Source: Flavobacteriales bacterium (lineage in GTDB: Bacteria > Bacteroidota > Bacteroidia > Flavobacteriales_F > PHOS-HE28). From it: a stretch of 64,000 nt of DNA. The DNA lies in contig JAEUTB010000103.1 of NCBI GenBank assembly GCA_016787995.1, positions 39,827-103,826 of the forward strand, given 5' to 3'. A program made the position numbers and the translations under genes. This document shows positions 18,601-29,120 of this stretch, piece by piece; position 1 is the stretch's first letter; the number at the start of each line of letters is the position of its first letter. Below the pieces are notes generated by a model that saw nothing but the letters and a program-made list of their open reading frames with translations, was not told the origin of the DNA and ran no database searches.

Positions 18601-21600
18601 ATGCCAGTGATCGGATCCACCACCACGACCAACGGGTCCTTTCGGTTGGGTTTAGCCGCTGTTCTCCTCGCCCTGTCCTTCATCCGAACGAATGCGACCC
18701 AAGCGCAGCTCTGTGCCCTCGATGTATTCGTTGCCAACGACCAGAGCGGCTCGGTGAGCGCCTTGGAGAATACCCAGAGCCGTCAGTTCATCAGCGCACT
18801 GTTCATGGGCATGCAGCCCTGGGGCACGGGCGCCGGGGAAAGCCGCATGGCCATCGCCGATTGGGACAGTCCGAACGTTTGGCAGCAATTCAGCTTTCCG
18901 TCTGTAGGCGCCAGCTATACCACGGAGATGAGCGACGTGCTGGCCTATCAGAACGCGACCCGTGCCTTGCTCGGCGGCACTGATCCGGTGACGGCGCTAT
19001 CGCGGTCCTTCCAGCAGATAGGCCAGGCACCCATCGCCGGTCGTACGGCCAAGCCCATCATCGTATTGATGACCGATGCGGATTGCTCCCAAGTGCCTGC
19101 GGGATTGACCACCCTGGCGACGCAGATCAAGAATGCGGGCGTCACCATCGTGGTGGTGGCCATCGAAGCGGCTTCGCTGTGCACATCGCTCATGGGCGCG
19201 CAGGTCGCAAGCCCGGGTGCGTACTTCAGCGCTCCCACTTACGCACAACTGGTGCAAGCCAACGTGCAGCTCGTGCAAGCCATGATCAACGCGGGATGCA
19301 GCGTAGGGGTGGATCCGAGCTACGATCTCAGCATCGCCTTCGACAGCTTCACCGCCTCGGGTTGCATCACGGGTATTCCGGCGTTCCAAGCGAACTACAC
19401 GGTGACCAACAACGCCGCCACGGACTTCAATGGTCCTTTGATGATCTCTTTCTATAGTGGAGACCCCGCGATAAGCACGAGCGCCTTCCTTACCACTCAG
19501 AACCTCGGTACGGTATCCCTACCGGCAGGAGCTAGCATGAGTGGAAGCCTCTCTGGTGGGGTGCTCGCCTCCACCACCGCGCTTTACGCGATCGTCAACT
19601 TCAACGGTGCTATTGCTGGGCATGCGCCGCCCATCGGCTATCTGCCACCGAGCGAGACCTTCGTCCCGGACGAATGGGCCACCTTCAACAACGTGAGCCC
19701 GCGGATCTCCCGGGTGAACGATCCGGTGACCTGCCCACCCCAGGCGCTTCTTTCCACTACTGTGGTCAACCTCGGCGTAGGCTGTGATGACCTCGTGCCA
19801 TATGAAGTGAGCATCTGCAACACCGGCGATGCGGCTGCCTACATCGTTCCATCGCTACCCATAGCCGTGCCGGGCGCAGTACCAGTGACCAACCTGAACG
19901 AGACCGGTACCTATGCGGCGGACCTCGACTGGGCTACCTACTATGGCGGTACCCTGCTTGACGAAGGCCAGGCCGTAGCCACGGACGCTTCGGGGAATGT
20001 GTACCTGGCTGGTCTTACACGCAGCACTGGCTCGATCTCCACAGCCGGGGCGCATCTCGTTGCTGCACCGGGTGGTCGTAATGCATTCTTGGCAAAGTTC
20101 AACAACGCAGGTGTACGTCAATGGGCTACCTACTACGGTGGAACCGGCAATGATTTCGGGCTTTCTGTGGCTACAGACGCTGCGGGCAATGTGTACCTCG
20201 CCGGCTATACCTCGAGCACTACAGGAATCTCAACGGCGGGTTCTCACCAAGCCGCTTTAGGGGGCAGCGATGATGCCTTCTTGGTGAAGTTCAACGCGGC
20301 AGGGGTGAGGCAGTGGGGCACCTACTATGGCGGCACCGGAGCGGATGTAGGATATTCGGTGACCACGGATGCTGCCGGAAACGTATACCTCGCGGGAACT
20401 ACGGAAAGTGCGGGGGGGATCGCGACGGCGGGCGCACATCAAGCGGCGAATGGCGGCTTGGGTGACAACTTCTTGGTGAAGTTCAATGCTGCCGGTGTGC
20501 GGCAATGGGGCACCTACTATGGCGGCAGCGATACGGAGGATCTGGCCAATGTGGCGTGTGATCCCGCAGGCAACGTGCATCTGGTGGGGCAGACGTTGAG
20601 CAACACGGGTATCGCAACAGTCGGCGCGTTCCAACCGAACAACAATAGTGACGATGTGTACCTCGTCCGCTTCAATGGCGCGGGTGTGCGCCAATGGGCC
20701 ACCTATTTCGGCGGCACGGGCGTGGAGACTTTCCCCTCGGTGGCCTGTGATCCCCTTGGGAACATCTTTTTAAGCGGTACGACGAACAGCACGGATGTGA
20801 TCGACATCAACGCGCCTTACCAGCCTTTCAGCAATGGCGGCGATGATGGATTCTTGACGAAGTTCGATGCTGCCGGTTCGCCTGCCTGGAGCACCTACGT
20901 GAGTGGTGAAGATGATGAGGTGATGAACGATGTGGCCGTGGATGCCGTAGGTCGTGTCACCGTGGCTGGGTTCACCAAAAGCGTTTCGGGTATCTCCACG
21001 TCCGGGTCATTCAAGGAGTCCATCGATGGCACCAACCGGGATGCGTTCGCGATGAAATTCAACAACGATGGCATCCTGCTCTGGGGTACCTATTTCGGTG
21101 GTGAGGATGATGATGAGAATTACGCTGTGGCCGTTGATCCCGCAGGGGACGTGTACGTGGTAGGGCTCACCGCCAGTCTGGTCGATCTGGCCACTACGGG
21201 TGCACACCAAACGGTGAACAACGACAACGATGATGCCTACCTGGCCAAGTTCGGTGAGCATGAGCTGCCTCGCATCCTCTATCCCGGTGATTGTTTCGTG
21301 CGCCAGTACATCTACGACTACAGTGCGCTCGGGGCAGGCACGTACAACTTGAGCCTGGGGCTTACTGCTTCGGTGTTCGATCCGGGTGATCCGTTACCCT
21401 TGATCATGCCCGATCAGCACTTCAATGCGGGAACCTTCACCGACATCAGCGGCTTCAATGGGGCCGCCCATACCAGCGACAACGCGGTGATCCCCGCTGC
21501 AGGCAGCCCTTGTGCCACCGGTGATCGGATCAGTGTGAGCGTGAACATCCCCACCGTCAGCAGCTGCGGCAACGGCAACTACGCACAGGCTACCATCACC

Positions 21601-23274
21601 ATCACCAACCTCAGCGGGATCACCGTCACCGGTGCGGACCTTGACATGGACCTGACCGGGCTCGGTGCCACCTATGTGGGTGAACCCTACAATGTGAGTG
21701 CGGGGTTGGACCTTGCCGCGCCCAACCTCCTTGATCCGGCTTATCCGTTCATCCTCCACGCCATCAACGGTCACTCCGGTGCAGTTCAGTTGCCGATATT
21801 GTCACTACCACCCGGTGTGAGCACGTTCCAAGTGGATATCAACATCGGCAGTACGCTCACCAACCTGCTCGTGCAGGTCATCAACATCCACACCGCCATC
21901 AATTCCAGCGGACTCAGCAATACGGGCAGCGATGCTTCGGGTGTGTCGGCGCTTACGGTCCCGGTCATCGCCAACTTCACGTGCCCGGGTGCGATCAATG
22001 CCGGCGGGAACATCTCGCTTGGTGGCATCTCCGTGACGGGTGCGTCGTCCGTGCAATGGGCCAGTACCACGGTAGCTTCCCTCGCCGGTGGCGGTACGTT
22101 GGCCAGCCCCACGATCACCTATGTACCCACGCCGCTCGATATCGCCAATGGCTTCGTAGCCATCAGCCTCACCGCGCTTAGCGCCAGCGGCTGCGATGCT
22201 ACGGTGAGTTGCCAGATCGATATCGCCAACGTGCAATACGACTACGGTGATGCGCCGGTGGTATATGACATGAACATCAACTACCAGCCGCCAGCTGCAG
22301 CATCCACACTGCTTAGTGGTCTGGTCCTGGGTATTTCAGGTCCTACTACGGAGACCATCGCACACAACAGCGTGATGGCCGATGGCGATGGCAACGAGGA
22401 GGACGCGCTGGTCACCAATCCCTATACGGCGCCATGGCCGGGTGTAGGTGGGGTTTTCGACCTTCAGATACGGGCTACCAACAACACGGCTACGGAGAGT
22501 TTCGTACATGCTTTCGTGGATTGGAACGCCGACGGTGATTTCCTGGACTCCTTGGAGAGTTCATCCAACACCGTGGTGAAGATGCCCTTCAGCGGACTGG
22601 GTTCGCACCTGATGCACTTCGTAGTGCCGCCTTTCGCGAACCCCTTCGGACTGTTCTACATCCGCCTGCGCCTTTCCGCGGATAGCATGGCCGTGACCTT
22701 CCCTTACATGGCCGCACCACTGGGCGAAACGGAGGACTACGTATGGGAGTCCGTGGGTATCCTTCCTGTTGAACTGCTTTCGTTCACCGGCACGGATGAA
22801 GGCCCTTCGGTACGCTTGGAGTGGACCACGGCGACTGAGCATAACACCAGTCACTTCGAGCTGGAACGTGGGCGGGATGGAGTGAACTACACATCCATCG
22901 GCACCTTGGCGGCAGCTGGCTTCAGTGCAGCTGTACTTGACTATTCGTTCACGGATCCCTCACCATTGGATGGTCTTTCCTTTTACCGGCTCGTTCAGGT
23001 CGACCTTGATGGTTCGGTGGCTTACCATGGTCCGGTGGCGATCGAACATCGCGCATCCGCCCAAGTGTGGGCACAACCTCTCCCCGGAGATGGAGTTTTG
23101 TTGCACGGTGTTGGCTGGGAGGAGGTCCACGTGCATGATCACAACGGAAGGCTTGTCGCATCAGGTCCACTGACCGACGGGCAGTGGCATTTCAGCGGTG
23201 GTGTATCCGGTGTCTATGTGGCCATTCTACGCCATGAAAGCCGCTCGGAGACCTTGCGCTTCGTGATCCCCTGA
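18601..23274 (+). CDS. giant secreted protein: N-terminal vWA domain, ~8 SBBP beta-propeller repeats, Ig-like regions, C-terminal sorting-type domain
   Basis: Signal peptide; DxSGS MIDAS motif (DQSGS); repeated …GVRQW(A/G)TYYGG(T/S)… units of ~57 aa spanning 19.9-21.3 kb; C-terminus …ELLSFTGTDEGPSVRLEWTTATEHNTSHFELERGRDG…. Confidence 0.85.
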   Translation: MPVIGSTTTTNGSFRLGLAAVLLALSFIRTNATQAQLCALDVFVANDQSGSVSALENTQSRQFISALFMGMQPWGTGAGESRMAIADWDSPNVWQQFSFPSVGASYTTEMSDVLAYQNATRALLGGTDPVTALSRSFQQIGQAPIAGRTAKPIIVLMTDADCSQVPAGLTTLATQIKNAGVTIVVVAIEAASLCTSLMGAQVASPGAYFSAPTYAQLVQANVQLVQAMINAGCSVGVDPSYDLSIAFDSFTASGCITGIPAFQANYTVTNNAATDFNGPLMISFYSGDPAISTSAFLTTQNLGTVSLPAGASMSGSLSGGVLASTTALYAIVNFNGAIAGHAPPIGYLPPSETFVPDEWATFNNVSPRISRVNDPVTCPPQALLSTTVVNLGVGCDDLVPYEVSICNTGDAAAYIVPSLPIAVPGAVPVTNLNETGTYAADLDWATYYGGTLLDEGQAVATDASGNVYLAGLTRSTGSISTAGAHLVAAPGGRNAFLAKFNNAGVRQWATYYGGTGNDFGLSVATDAAGNVYLAGYTSSTTGISTAGSHQAALGGSDDAFLVKFNAAGVRQWGTYYGGTGADVGYSVTTDAAGNVYLAGTTESAGGIATAGAHQAANGGLGDNFLVKFNAAGVRQWGTYYGGSDTEDLANVACDPAGNVHLVGQTLSNTGIATVGAFQPNNNSDDVYLVRFNGAGVRQWATYFGGTGVETFPSVACDPLGNIFLSGTTNSTDVIDINAPYQPFSNGGDDGFLTKFDAAGSPAWSTYVSGEDDEVMNDVAVDAVGRVTVAGFTKSVSGISTSGSFKESIDGTNRDAFAMKFNNDGILLWGTYFGGEDDDENYAVAVDPAGDVYVVGLTASLVDLATTGAHQTVNNDNDDAYLAKFGEHELPRILYPGDCFVRQYIYDYSALGAGTYNLSLGLTASVFDPGDPLPLIMPDQHFNAGTFTDISGFNGAAHTSDNAVIPAAGSPCATGDRISVSVNIPTVSSCGNGNYAQATITITNLSGITVTGADLDMDLTGLGATYVGEPYNVSAGLDLAAPNLLDPAYPFILHAINGHSGAVQLPILSLPPGVSTFQVDINIGSTLTNLLVQVINIHTAINSSGLSNTGSDASGVSALTVPVIANFTCPGAINAGGNISLGGISVTGASSVQWASTTVASLAGGGTLASPTITYVPTPLDIANGFVAISLTALSASGCDATVSCQIDIANVQYDYGDAPVVYDMNINYQPPAAASTLLSGLVLGISGPTTETIAHNSVMADGDGNEEDALVTNPYTAPWPGVGGVFDLQIRATNNTATESFVHAFVDWNADGDFLDSLESSSNTVVKMPFSGLGSHLMHFVVPPFANPFGLFYIRLRLSADSMAVTFPYMAAPLGETEDYVWESVGILPVELLSFTGTDEGPSVRLEWTTATEHNTSHFELERGRDGVNYTSIGTLAAAGFSAAVLDYSFTDPSPLDGLSFYRLVQVDLDGSVAYHGPVAIEHRASAQVWAQPLPGDGVLLHGVGWEEVHVHDHNGRLVASGPLTDGQWHFSGGVSGVYVAILRHESRSETLRFVIP

Positions 23275-23278
23275 CGGT

Positions 23279-23611
23279 TCAACCCCAGTGACCACCAAGG
23301 TCCGGCGTGGCCAGCCACCCGATACCCACGGCGAGTAACAAGAGCAGGACAAGCCACAAGTGGATCGTCCGCCAAGTGCGCCAGAACGCCGACCATTTGA
23401 CGTTGCGGCTCAGCCACCAATAGAGCGGGTAGGCCAGCTGGGCAAAGAGTAGGGAGAATTCTGGCTGCCCTTCCAGGTCATGCCACCAGCGCAGGAAGCC
23501 ACCTTCCGGAGGGTAACCGTGTCCCACGTGTTCCAACATCCACCACAACCAGAAGCCGCCGACCAAGGATATGGAGAAGAGCACCTGAAGGAGGCGGAGT
23601 AGGTGGACCAT
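23279..23611 (-). CDS. small Trp-rich membrane protein
   Basis: 110-aa ORF with three hydrophobic helices, convergent with the giant gene. Confidence 0.4.
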   Translation of the reverse strand: MVHLLRLLQVLFSISLVGGFWLWWMLEHVGHGYPPEGGFLRWWHDLEGQPEFSLLFAQLAYPLYWWLSRNVKWSAFWRTWRTIHLWLVLLLLLAVGIGWLATPDLGGHWG

Positions 23612-23723
23612 TTGGCTTTGAACGTAATGGGTCTGTTTTCATTGCACACACCTTTGGCCTGCATAGTGCAATCTTGGGCTTCCGTCCCAGCGAACGGATA
23701 CCTTCGCCGCTGGATCGAACACC

Positions 23724-24062
23724 ATGCCTGATACCCAGCCCTGCCCCGAGTGTCGCTCTACCATCACCTATCCCACCGGGACATCTCAGATGTGCGCAGA
23801 ATGCGGCCATGAGTGGAACCCGGCGGAAGTAGCGGCGGAAGCGGCCGGTCCAGTGGTGAAGGATGCCAATGGCAACATCCTGAAGGATGGTGATGATGTG
23901 GTGATGGTGAAGGACCTGGCCGTGAAAGGCGCTCCAAAAGCGCTCAAGGCTGGAACGAAAGTGCGGGGTATCAAACTCGTGGAAGGCGACCATAACATCG
24001 ATTGCCGCATCGATGGCTTCGGCGCCATGGCCTTGAAAAGCGAGTTCGTGAAGAAGGCTTAG
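23724..24062 (+). CDS. phnA: PhnA/YjdC-family zinc-ribbon protein
   Basis: N-terminal CPxC…CxxC zinc ribbon, and a C-terminal …[67 protein letters not shown] signature. Confidence 0.85.
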   Translation: MPDTQPCPECRSTITYPTGTSQMCAECGHEWNPAEVAAEAAGPVVKDANGNILKDGDDVVMVKDLAVKGAPKALKAGTKVRGIKLVEGDHNIDCRIDGFGAMALKSEFVKKA

Positions 24063-24751
24063 GCTCCGTTGCCGTCCGAGGTCAGCACCGCCGTCATGTG
24101 GTCGAACCATGGCCGCACGGCGCGGTAGGTGGTCAGCACCTCATCCAAGAATCCCGGCGCCATCACTTGCTTGTCCGTGAGGGTGCGGCGCAACAGGAAT
24201 TGTTTCTTGCGCAAGAGATCCGCGGCAGGATGGTCTTTCGCATATCCACGAGGGACCGTGGCCAATTCCTCACCGAAAAGTTCTCCGAAGTGGGTGCGCA
24301 GGTTCTTGCCGCGTAGGATCTTCCGCCAAGTGGCGTGGTCGTAGGCGATGTCCTGTCGGATCAAGCGAAGATCGTCCGGTTCCGGCCCCATGAATCCACA
24401 GGTGACGTGCGACCGATCACCGGGCTGGATCCGGTAGAAGTATCCGCCGCGAAGGGCCGGCTTCACCCGTGCCAGGCGACCTCCGAAACGCGGTGCATAG
24501 GGCGGCTTGTCCTTGTGGAAACGCTGATCCGTATAGATGCGCATCAGGCTCTTCGCGCCGCTGGGTGTGCTCAGCTTGTCATGCACCCGCATCCGTTCCA
24601 ACAGCGCATCGGCGAAGTCCACCATGTTCCCGTGTGCCGTCTGGTACCTGGACTTATTCGCTTCGAACCAGGGCTTTTCGTTGTGCGCTTCCAGCTCGGC
24701 AAGGAAGCTGAGGGTCGACTTCGGGATGATGACCGATGGCGTCGTGGGCAT
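24059..24751 (-). CDS. DUF2461 (TIGR02453) family protein
   Basis: …[22 protein letters not shown]… N-terminal signature; 4-bp overlap with phnA on the opposite strand. Confidence 0.65.
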   Translation of the reverse strand: MPTTPSVIIPKSTLSFLAELEAHNEKPWFEANKSRYQTAHGNMVDFADALLERMRVHDKLSTPSGAKSLMRIYTDQRFHKDKPPYAPRFGGRLARVKPALRGGYFYRIQPGDRSHVTCGFMGPEPDDLRLIRQDIAYDHATWRKILRGKNLRTHFGELFGEELATVPRGYAKDHPAADLLRKKQFLLRRTLTDKQVMAPGFLDEVLTTYRAVRPWFDHMTAVLTSDGNGA

Positions 24752-24793
24752 GCGGCGAAGTTCGATACTCCTGAGCCACTCCACGGCGTACCA

Positions 24794-26038
24794 TCAAGGC
24801 TCGGTCTCCATCTGTTGCCATTGTTCCCCCGACTGGCTGCCAACGTTCGGGTCGTACATGACGTCGTTGGTCCCGAAGTACTGGCCATCGCCGTTCACCC
24901 AATAATTGTTGTACCCGGCTTCCACCTTGCCTTGCTCACCGGTCTGCGGGTTCCAAGCGTTCTGCTCCCCTCGGATACCATTGATGGTCGCATCCTGCAT
25001 GCGGTCCATGGTAGCGTTGGTGTTGTTCCAGGTCCCCATCATGGAATTGTTCACGCCGTTCACCATGTCGCGGTGCGCGGCCTGGCTGGCATCGAAAGCG
25101 GCTTGGTTGCTGCGCATGCGGGCGTTGTGGGCGTTCCAGCTCTGCTGGTTGTTCATCATCTGCTGCTGGTGTGCGGCCATGCTTTCTTGCTCCTTCTGTC
25201 TGGCTTGGCGGTGCTGTGCCGCGAAGTAGGCGGGGTTGAAGCGCATGGTGGATAGACCATTGAGCAATCCGCTCTTCTCGCGTTCGTAGCTGCCTTCGGT
25301 GGCCTCCAGCTCCGTGGTGTAGTAGCCCCAGTTCGCCATGTCCGCGCTGCTGATGCTGAACCAATGCAGCACTACGGCAAGCCGCTTGTCGCCGCGCCGC
25401 CATTCGCTCAGGTTGGCTTTGCAGGTCTTCTGTGCCTGCCCCGATACGTACAAGCCGTTCATGCCACGCTGATCGACCTGTTCCACGCCGGGTGCTGGCG
25501 CCTGGCCGACCAGTTCGTAGCCCTGCTGACGCATCCGCGGAGCCAGGTCCTGCATCACCACTTGTTCCGGGGATACCGGGGCACGCATCTGCTGTCCGTT
25601 CGCTTGGTAGAATTGTCCGAGCTGGCCACCCACCATCATGAAACTGGCCGGCTTCGTGTTCTTCACGTTCGCTCCAGGGGCCGTCGCGGTCCAATCGCCC
25701 CTTTCCATGCCTTGCACGTTCCAATGTGCAGGCAGGTCCAGTTGTGCGAAGGGTACGTTGTAGGTGGAACTGTTGAGGGTATGTGTGCGCATGCCGGCTG
25801 CTGTTGTGGCCTGTTGTCCGAAGCCTGGTCCACCTTCCGCAGCACCTTGTTGGTCCCAGCCACCTGCTGCCTGGCCTTCTGGTACGGGTTGGCCGGTGAT
25901 CTCCGCCATCCGTGCTTCCAATTCGCTCATCCGTGGGTCCTGGCCTTGGCCGTATTGGTCCATGGTGTTCTCGCCGCTTTCGCCGCAAGAGAAGAGCAGG
26001 GCGCTGAAACCGATCAAGAGGTAGACGGGGCGGTTCAT
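24794..26038 (-). CDS. lipoprotein with Q/N/M-rich low-complexity C-terminal half
   Basis: Signal peptide plus lipobox (LLFSCG), then a long Gln/Asn/Met-rich region (…AHQQQMMNNQQSWNAHNARMRSNQ…). Confidence 0.6.
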   Translation of the reverse strand: MNRPVYLLIGFSALLFSCGESGENTMDQYGQGQDPRMSELEARMAEITGQPVPEGQAAGGWDQQGAAEGGPGFGQQATTAAGMRTHTLNSSTYNVPFAQLDLPAHWNVQGMERGDWTATAPGANVKNTKPASFMMVGGQLGQFYQANGQQMRAPVSPEQVVMQDLAPRMRQQGYELVGQAPAPGVEQVDQRGMNGLYVSGQAQKTCKANLSEWRRGDKRLAVVLHWFSISSADMANWGYYTTELEATEGSYEREKSGLLNGLSTMRFNPAYFAAQHRQARQKEQESMAAHQQQMMNNQQSWNAHNARMRSNQAAFDASQAAHRDMVNGVNNSMMGTWNNTNATMDRMQDATINGIRGEQNAWNPQTGEQGKVEAGYNNYWVNGDGQYFGTNDVMYDPNVGSQSGEQWQQMETEP

Positions 26039-26177
26039 TTTCCGGGGTGTTTTCCTCCTATCGGGGATCCGGGTGGAATGTGAACACCCTTCCTCTGGTA
26101 TGGACGATTGGCGACATCAATTCACCCCTTTGCCCTCTGTCGTTGAACTTCACCTCCGGTATCGTGTACCGGTAGCC

Positions 26178-27047
26178 ATGACACGGATCTTCGCCCTTCT
26201 GTTATTCCTCATGGCCGGTACATGCAAGGCATCGGCCCAGTGCTGCTGTTCGGACATCCTGGTCCATATTTCCTTGAAGGACCTGGCCTACGTACACTCG
26301 GAGCGCGAGTTCGAGGTGCAGGCCTTGGATGAACATCACGGATCATACCTATCCGACCGCGATAGGACCGATGGCAGGTTGATGGTGCGAATGGATGTAG
26401 GCTGCGGCGTTATGGAAAGGCGTTTCACGATCACTCGTAGCACTACCGGCGAAAGGATGGAATTGAACGTGCTGATCGTCGGTTTCGACGGGGGGCATCC
26501 GGCCCTGCGCGTTCCGTTCCTACCCGGGCGGCACGAGGTGGACTTCACCCGGCTGCGGGAGTCCGCCAGAGCGTTGCTCCCCAAGGACCTCTTACCGAGC
26601 GATACCGCCACCAGTCGGACCGTGCATTGTGGTGCTTGTGCTGTTCGTGTGGATCGTGATAGTACCGGAGTGACCTTGGAGCCGCTCAACCTGAGCGAAG
26701 GTGGCTGCGGTCCGGGGCGCGTACGAATGAGCGGCGCTGGCCTGGCCTATTGTCCCGATGGACAGGGTGCTTTTCAAGCGAACGTTCAGGCATCGCTGGA
26801 TCGGAAACTGGGTTTGCATGCCCGAGGATCGGTGCTTTATCACGGCATCGCCAGCATCAACGATAGCGGCCGCTTCTATGGTCGCATCCATCACGAACAG
26901 ACCGACCGCGTATATGCGATGGAAATAGCCCTGATGGACGGGCCGCTTTGGGTACCCGCGCGGGTGGTGGATGCCGACGCACCAGGTGGCGAGCGCGAGG
27001 TCAGTTCCATGGTGCGGTTCACGCTGGTGGCAGGGAGGGTCGAGTGA
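26178..27047 (+). CDS. secreted hypothetical protein (Cys cluster after the signal peptide)
   Basis: MTRIFALLLFLMAGTCKASAQCCCSD…; no family recognised. Confidence 0.5.
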   Translation: MTRIFALLLFLMAGTCKASAQCCCSDILVHISLKDLAYVHSEREFEVQALDEHHGSYLSDRDRTDGRLMVRMDVGCGVMERRFTITRSTTGERMELNVLIVGFDGGHPALRVPFLPGRHEVDFTRLRESARALLPKDLLPSDTATSRTVHCGACAVRVDRDSTGVTLEPLNLSEGGCGPGRVRMSGAGLAYCPDGQGAFQANVQASLDRKLGLHARGSVLYHGIASINDSGRFYGRIHHEQTDRVYAMEIALMDGPLWVPARVVDADAPGGEREVSSMVRFTLVAGRVE

Positions 27048-27242
27048 GCTCCGCGGTCAGGTCGCCGTCATCAGGAGCCTCGTTCGACGATTTTCGAGGG
27101 CAGGCACGGGTTGCCCAACCCTTGGTTGCCGCCTTACAACCATAGGTAGCGGGATACAACTAAGAAGGACCATTCCTGCGAACCGACCGGCATGGCGCTC
27201 CGCCAACTTTGCATCGTCCAGAACGAACGGACGAACACACCC

Positions 27243-28160
27243 ATGGAACCCAACTTCACAGGCACCCGTATCGCCGTAGCGCGCAAAGCGAAGAACCTGT
27301 CGCAAGCGCAATTGGCCCAACAGCTTTTCATCAGCCCTCAAGCCGTGGGTAAATGGGAGCGGGGCGAGTCCATCCCCGACATCGTTACCGTGGGCAAGCT
27401 GGCCCATTTGCTCGGAGTGGACCTGAACTACTTCTCCGAGCGATCCGCATCCACCCCGGCACCCATCCCGGTCGCGCTGCCAACGGAACGGCAGATGTCC
27501 GCAACTCCGATGAAGGAGCCACCCAATCCCACCCGCGACATGTCGCGCTTCAAGTGGGTCGATGCGGACTTTTCCGGCTTAAAGGATATCCACGAGAAGT
27601 TCAGCGGCTCCCTCTTGAAGAACTGCAAATTCATCGACTCGGACCTTGCTGGGGTGCTTCTGGAGCACAACCATATGGAAGGGTGCGACTTCCGAGGTGC
27701 GAACCTGAACGGGAGCCGGTTGCGTTCGACGCATGTCGCCAACACCCGTTTCAACGATTGTGGACTGAAGGAGGCCGAGTTCAACGAAAGCGTGCTCAAG
27801 GGTTGTGACTTCTCCGGCGCAGACCTTACCGATGTGGTCGTTCGATCGAGCAGTTTCCAAAAGAACACCTTGACCCAAACTGTTCTTGTGCGCACCACCT
27901 TCCGGGACACGGACTTGACCGATGTGCTCTTCGAGGGGACTTTGGAGGACTGTACCTTCGAGGATTGCGGCTTCACCCGGGTGACCTTCCAGAACGCCAC
28001 GCTGCATAACACCTTCTTCAAGAGCCAGCGTCTCAGGCACATACGCTTCATCGGGTGCACTGCCGACCGCCTTACCTATGAATTCCTGAAGAATGGCAAG
28101 GCGGATGTGAGTGGTATCGTGGTAAGGGTCCCCGAACGAAAGGGACAACGCCCACAATAA
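27243..28160 (+). CDS. XRE-family HTH domain fused to pentapeptide-repeat domain
   Basis: N-terminal …LSQAQLAQQLFISPQAVGKWERGESIPD… HTH_3 domain. C-terminal tandem A(D/N)LxG-type pentapeptide repeats (…DFSGADLTDVVVRSSSFQKNTLTQ…). Confidence 0.75.
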   Translation: MEPNFTGTRIAVARKAKNLSQAQLAQQLFISPQAVGKWERGESIPDIVTVGKLAHLLGVDLNYFSERSASTPAPIPVALPTERQMSATPMKEPPNPTRDMSRFKWVDADFSGLKDIHEKFSGSLLKNCKFIDSDLAGVLLEHNHMEGCDFRGANLNGSRLRSTHVANTRFNDCGLKEAEFNESVLKGCDFSGADLTDVVVRSSSFQKNTLTQTVLVRTTFRDTDLTDVLFEGTLEDCTFEDCGFTRVTFQNATLHNTFFKSQRLRHIRFIGCTADRLTYEFLKNGKADVSGIVVRVPERKGQRPQ

Positions 28161-28504
28161 CCCCGAAAAGCCGGTAAACCCGCGTCACTCTAGCACAATT
28201 GGCCCGAAACAACGGGTAGGCCTGTGCAGTTCGAACCGGACAAGCCCGCTGATCAGGCGCCATTTGAGCGCCTCTTCAAAGGCTGTGCACCGCCATTGAA
28301 TCGCCGTTACCGCCTCCCACGGCCTTCGTGCGGCCCCGTAGCGCCATTGGCGGCCCTATACCCCGGACTGCTGGAGAACGCCCGGCAGGATCGTGCAGAA
28401 CGAATCGTACAGATCCCTGGCTGGTTTGATCAGAACGAACCGTACAAGTCGCCTCCAGGCCACCCGCTTCCGGCCCCGGTCGGCTTGGAAGCCCAAAACG
28501 AAGA

Positions 28505-28528
28505 AGGCCCGCCATTTGGCGGGCCTTC
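28505..28528. terminator. perfect GC-rich hairpin AAGGCCCGCC-ATTT-GGCGGGCCTT
   Basis: 10-bp stem with a 4-nt loop, 20 bp downstream of the minus-strand gene 28547-29104. It may also terminate the converging plus-strand gene. Confidence 0.55.
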
Positions 28529-28546
28529 AACCGGGCGACTTGGAGG

Positions 28547-29104
28547 CTACCGGCTGGGCTGAATGGTCAGCATGCGGAAGGCCTGCGTCGGAGCATACAA
28601 GGTAAAGGTGGCACCCCCGATACTGGTGGTGGCGCTGTCATTGTCGAAGTTGGCAAGGAGCCAATCGTGGGCCACCTGAGGCTGTGCTCCCGTGTAGGGA
28701 ACGCTGGCCACCAGTAAGAGGTAATCCCTTCCTGCCAGGGCCGTCTTGTTGACCCCATCGGCGGTGACGGTTGCACGCACAAGGCTTGCCCTGTCCACCT
28801 CGGGTCCGAAGGTCTCTGCAACGAACTCAACGGACGGCCAGGTCTGCCTACAGGTCCAGGATAGCTGGCCCGGCTTTAGGTTCTTCGTGACCGTGAATCC
28901 ACGCTGCTCCAGGTTCAGGTAGACATCGACCGGGTTGAGGTCGGAGATGACTGTCGGTGCGGGTTGCGCCTCAGGTTCCGAGGCAGCTTCAGGGGTCGTC
29001 GGTACCTCCGATTGTGTGGTGTCCGGCCCGGCCAAGTTCCCTACGATGAGGCCGAGTGCGATGATGCCGAGGATGACGGCTCCGATGATCTTCAGTGCTT
29101 TCAT
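28547..29104 (-). CDS. membrane-anchored hypothetical protein (last gene of the prophage early operon)
   Basis: N-terminal TM anchor, Pro/Glu/Ala-rich linker, beta-rich domain. 16 bp downstream of the preceding early gene. Confidence 0.5.
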   Translation of the reverse strand: MKALKIIGAVILGIIALGLIVGNLAGPDTTQSEVPTTPEAASEPEAQPAPTVISDLNPVDVYLNLEQRGFTVTKNLKPGQLSWTCRQTWPSVEFVAETFGPEVDRASLVRATVTADGVNKTALAGRDYLLLVASVPYTGAQPQVAHDWLLANFDNDSATTSIGGATFTLYAPTQAFRMLTIQPSR

Positions 29105-29120
29105 GGTTGGTTGGGTGAAG

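Noticed and set aside
19900-21300. Periodic ~171-bp DNA repeats
   Set aside because: They are not CRISPR or satellite DNA. They encode the SBBP protein repeats of the giant gene, which stay in one continuous frame with no spacer-like unique units.
24335-25255. Long plus-strand ORFs overlapping the 24794-26038 lipoprotein gene (306 aa, 350 aa, etc.)
   Set aside because: They are antisense shadow ORFs in high-GC DNA. Their translations are Arg/His/Gly-rich with no protein-like pattern, and the opposite strand has a signal peptide and coherent composition.
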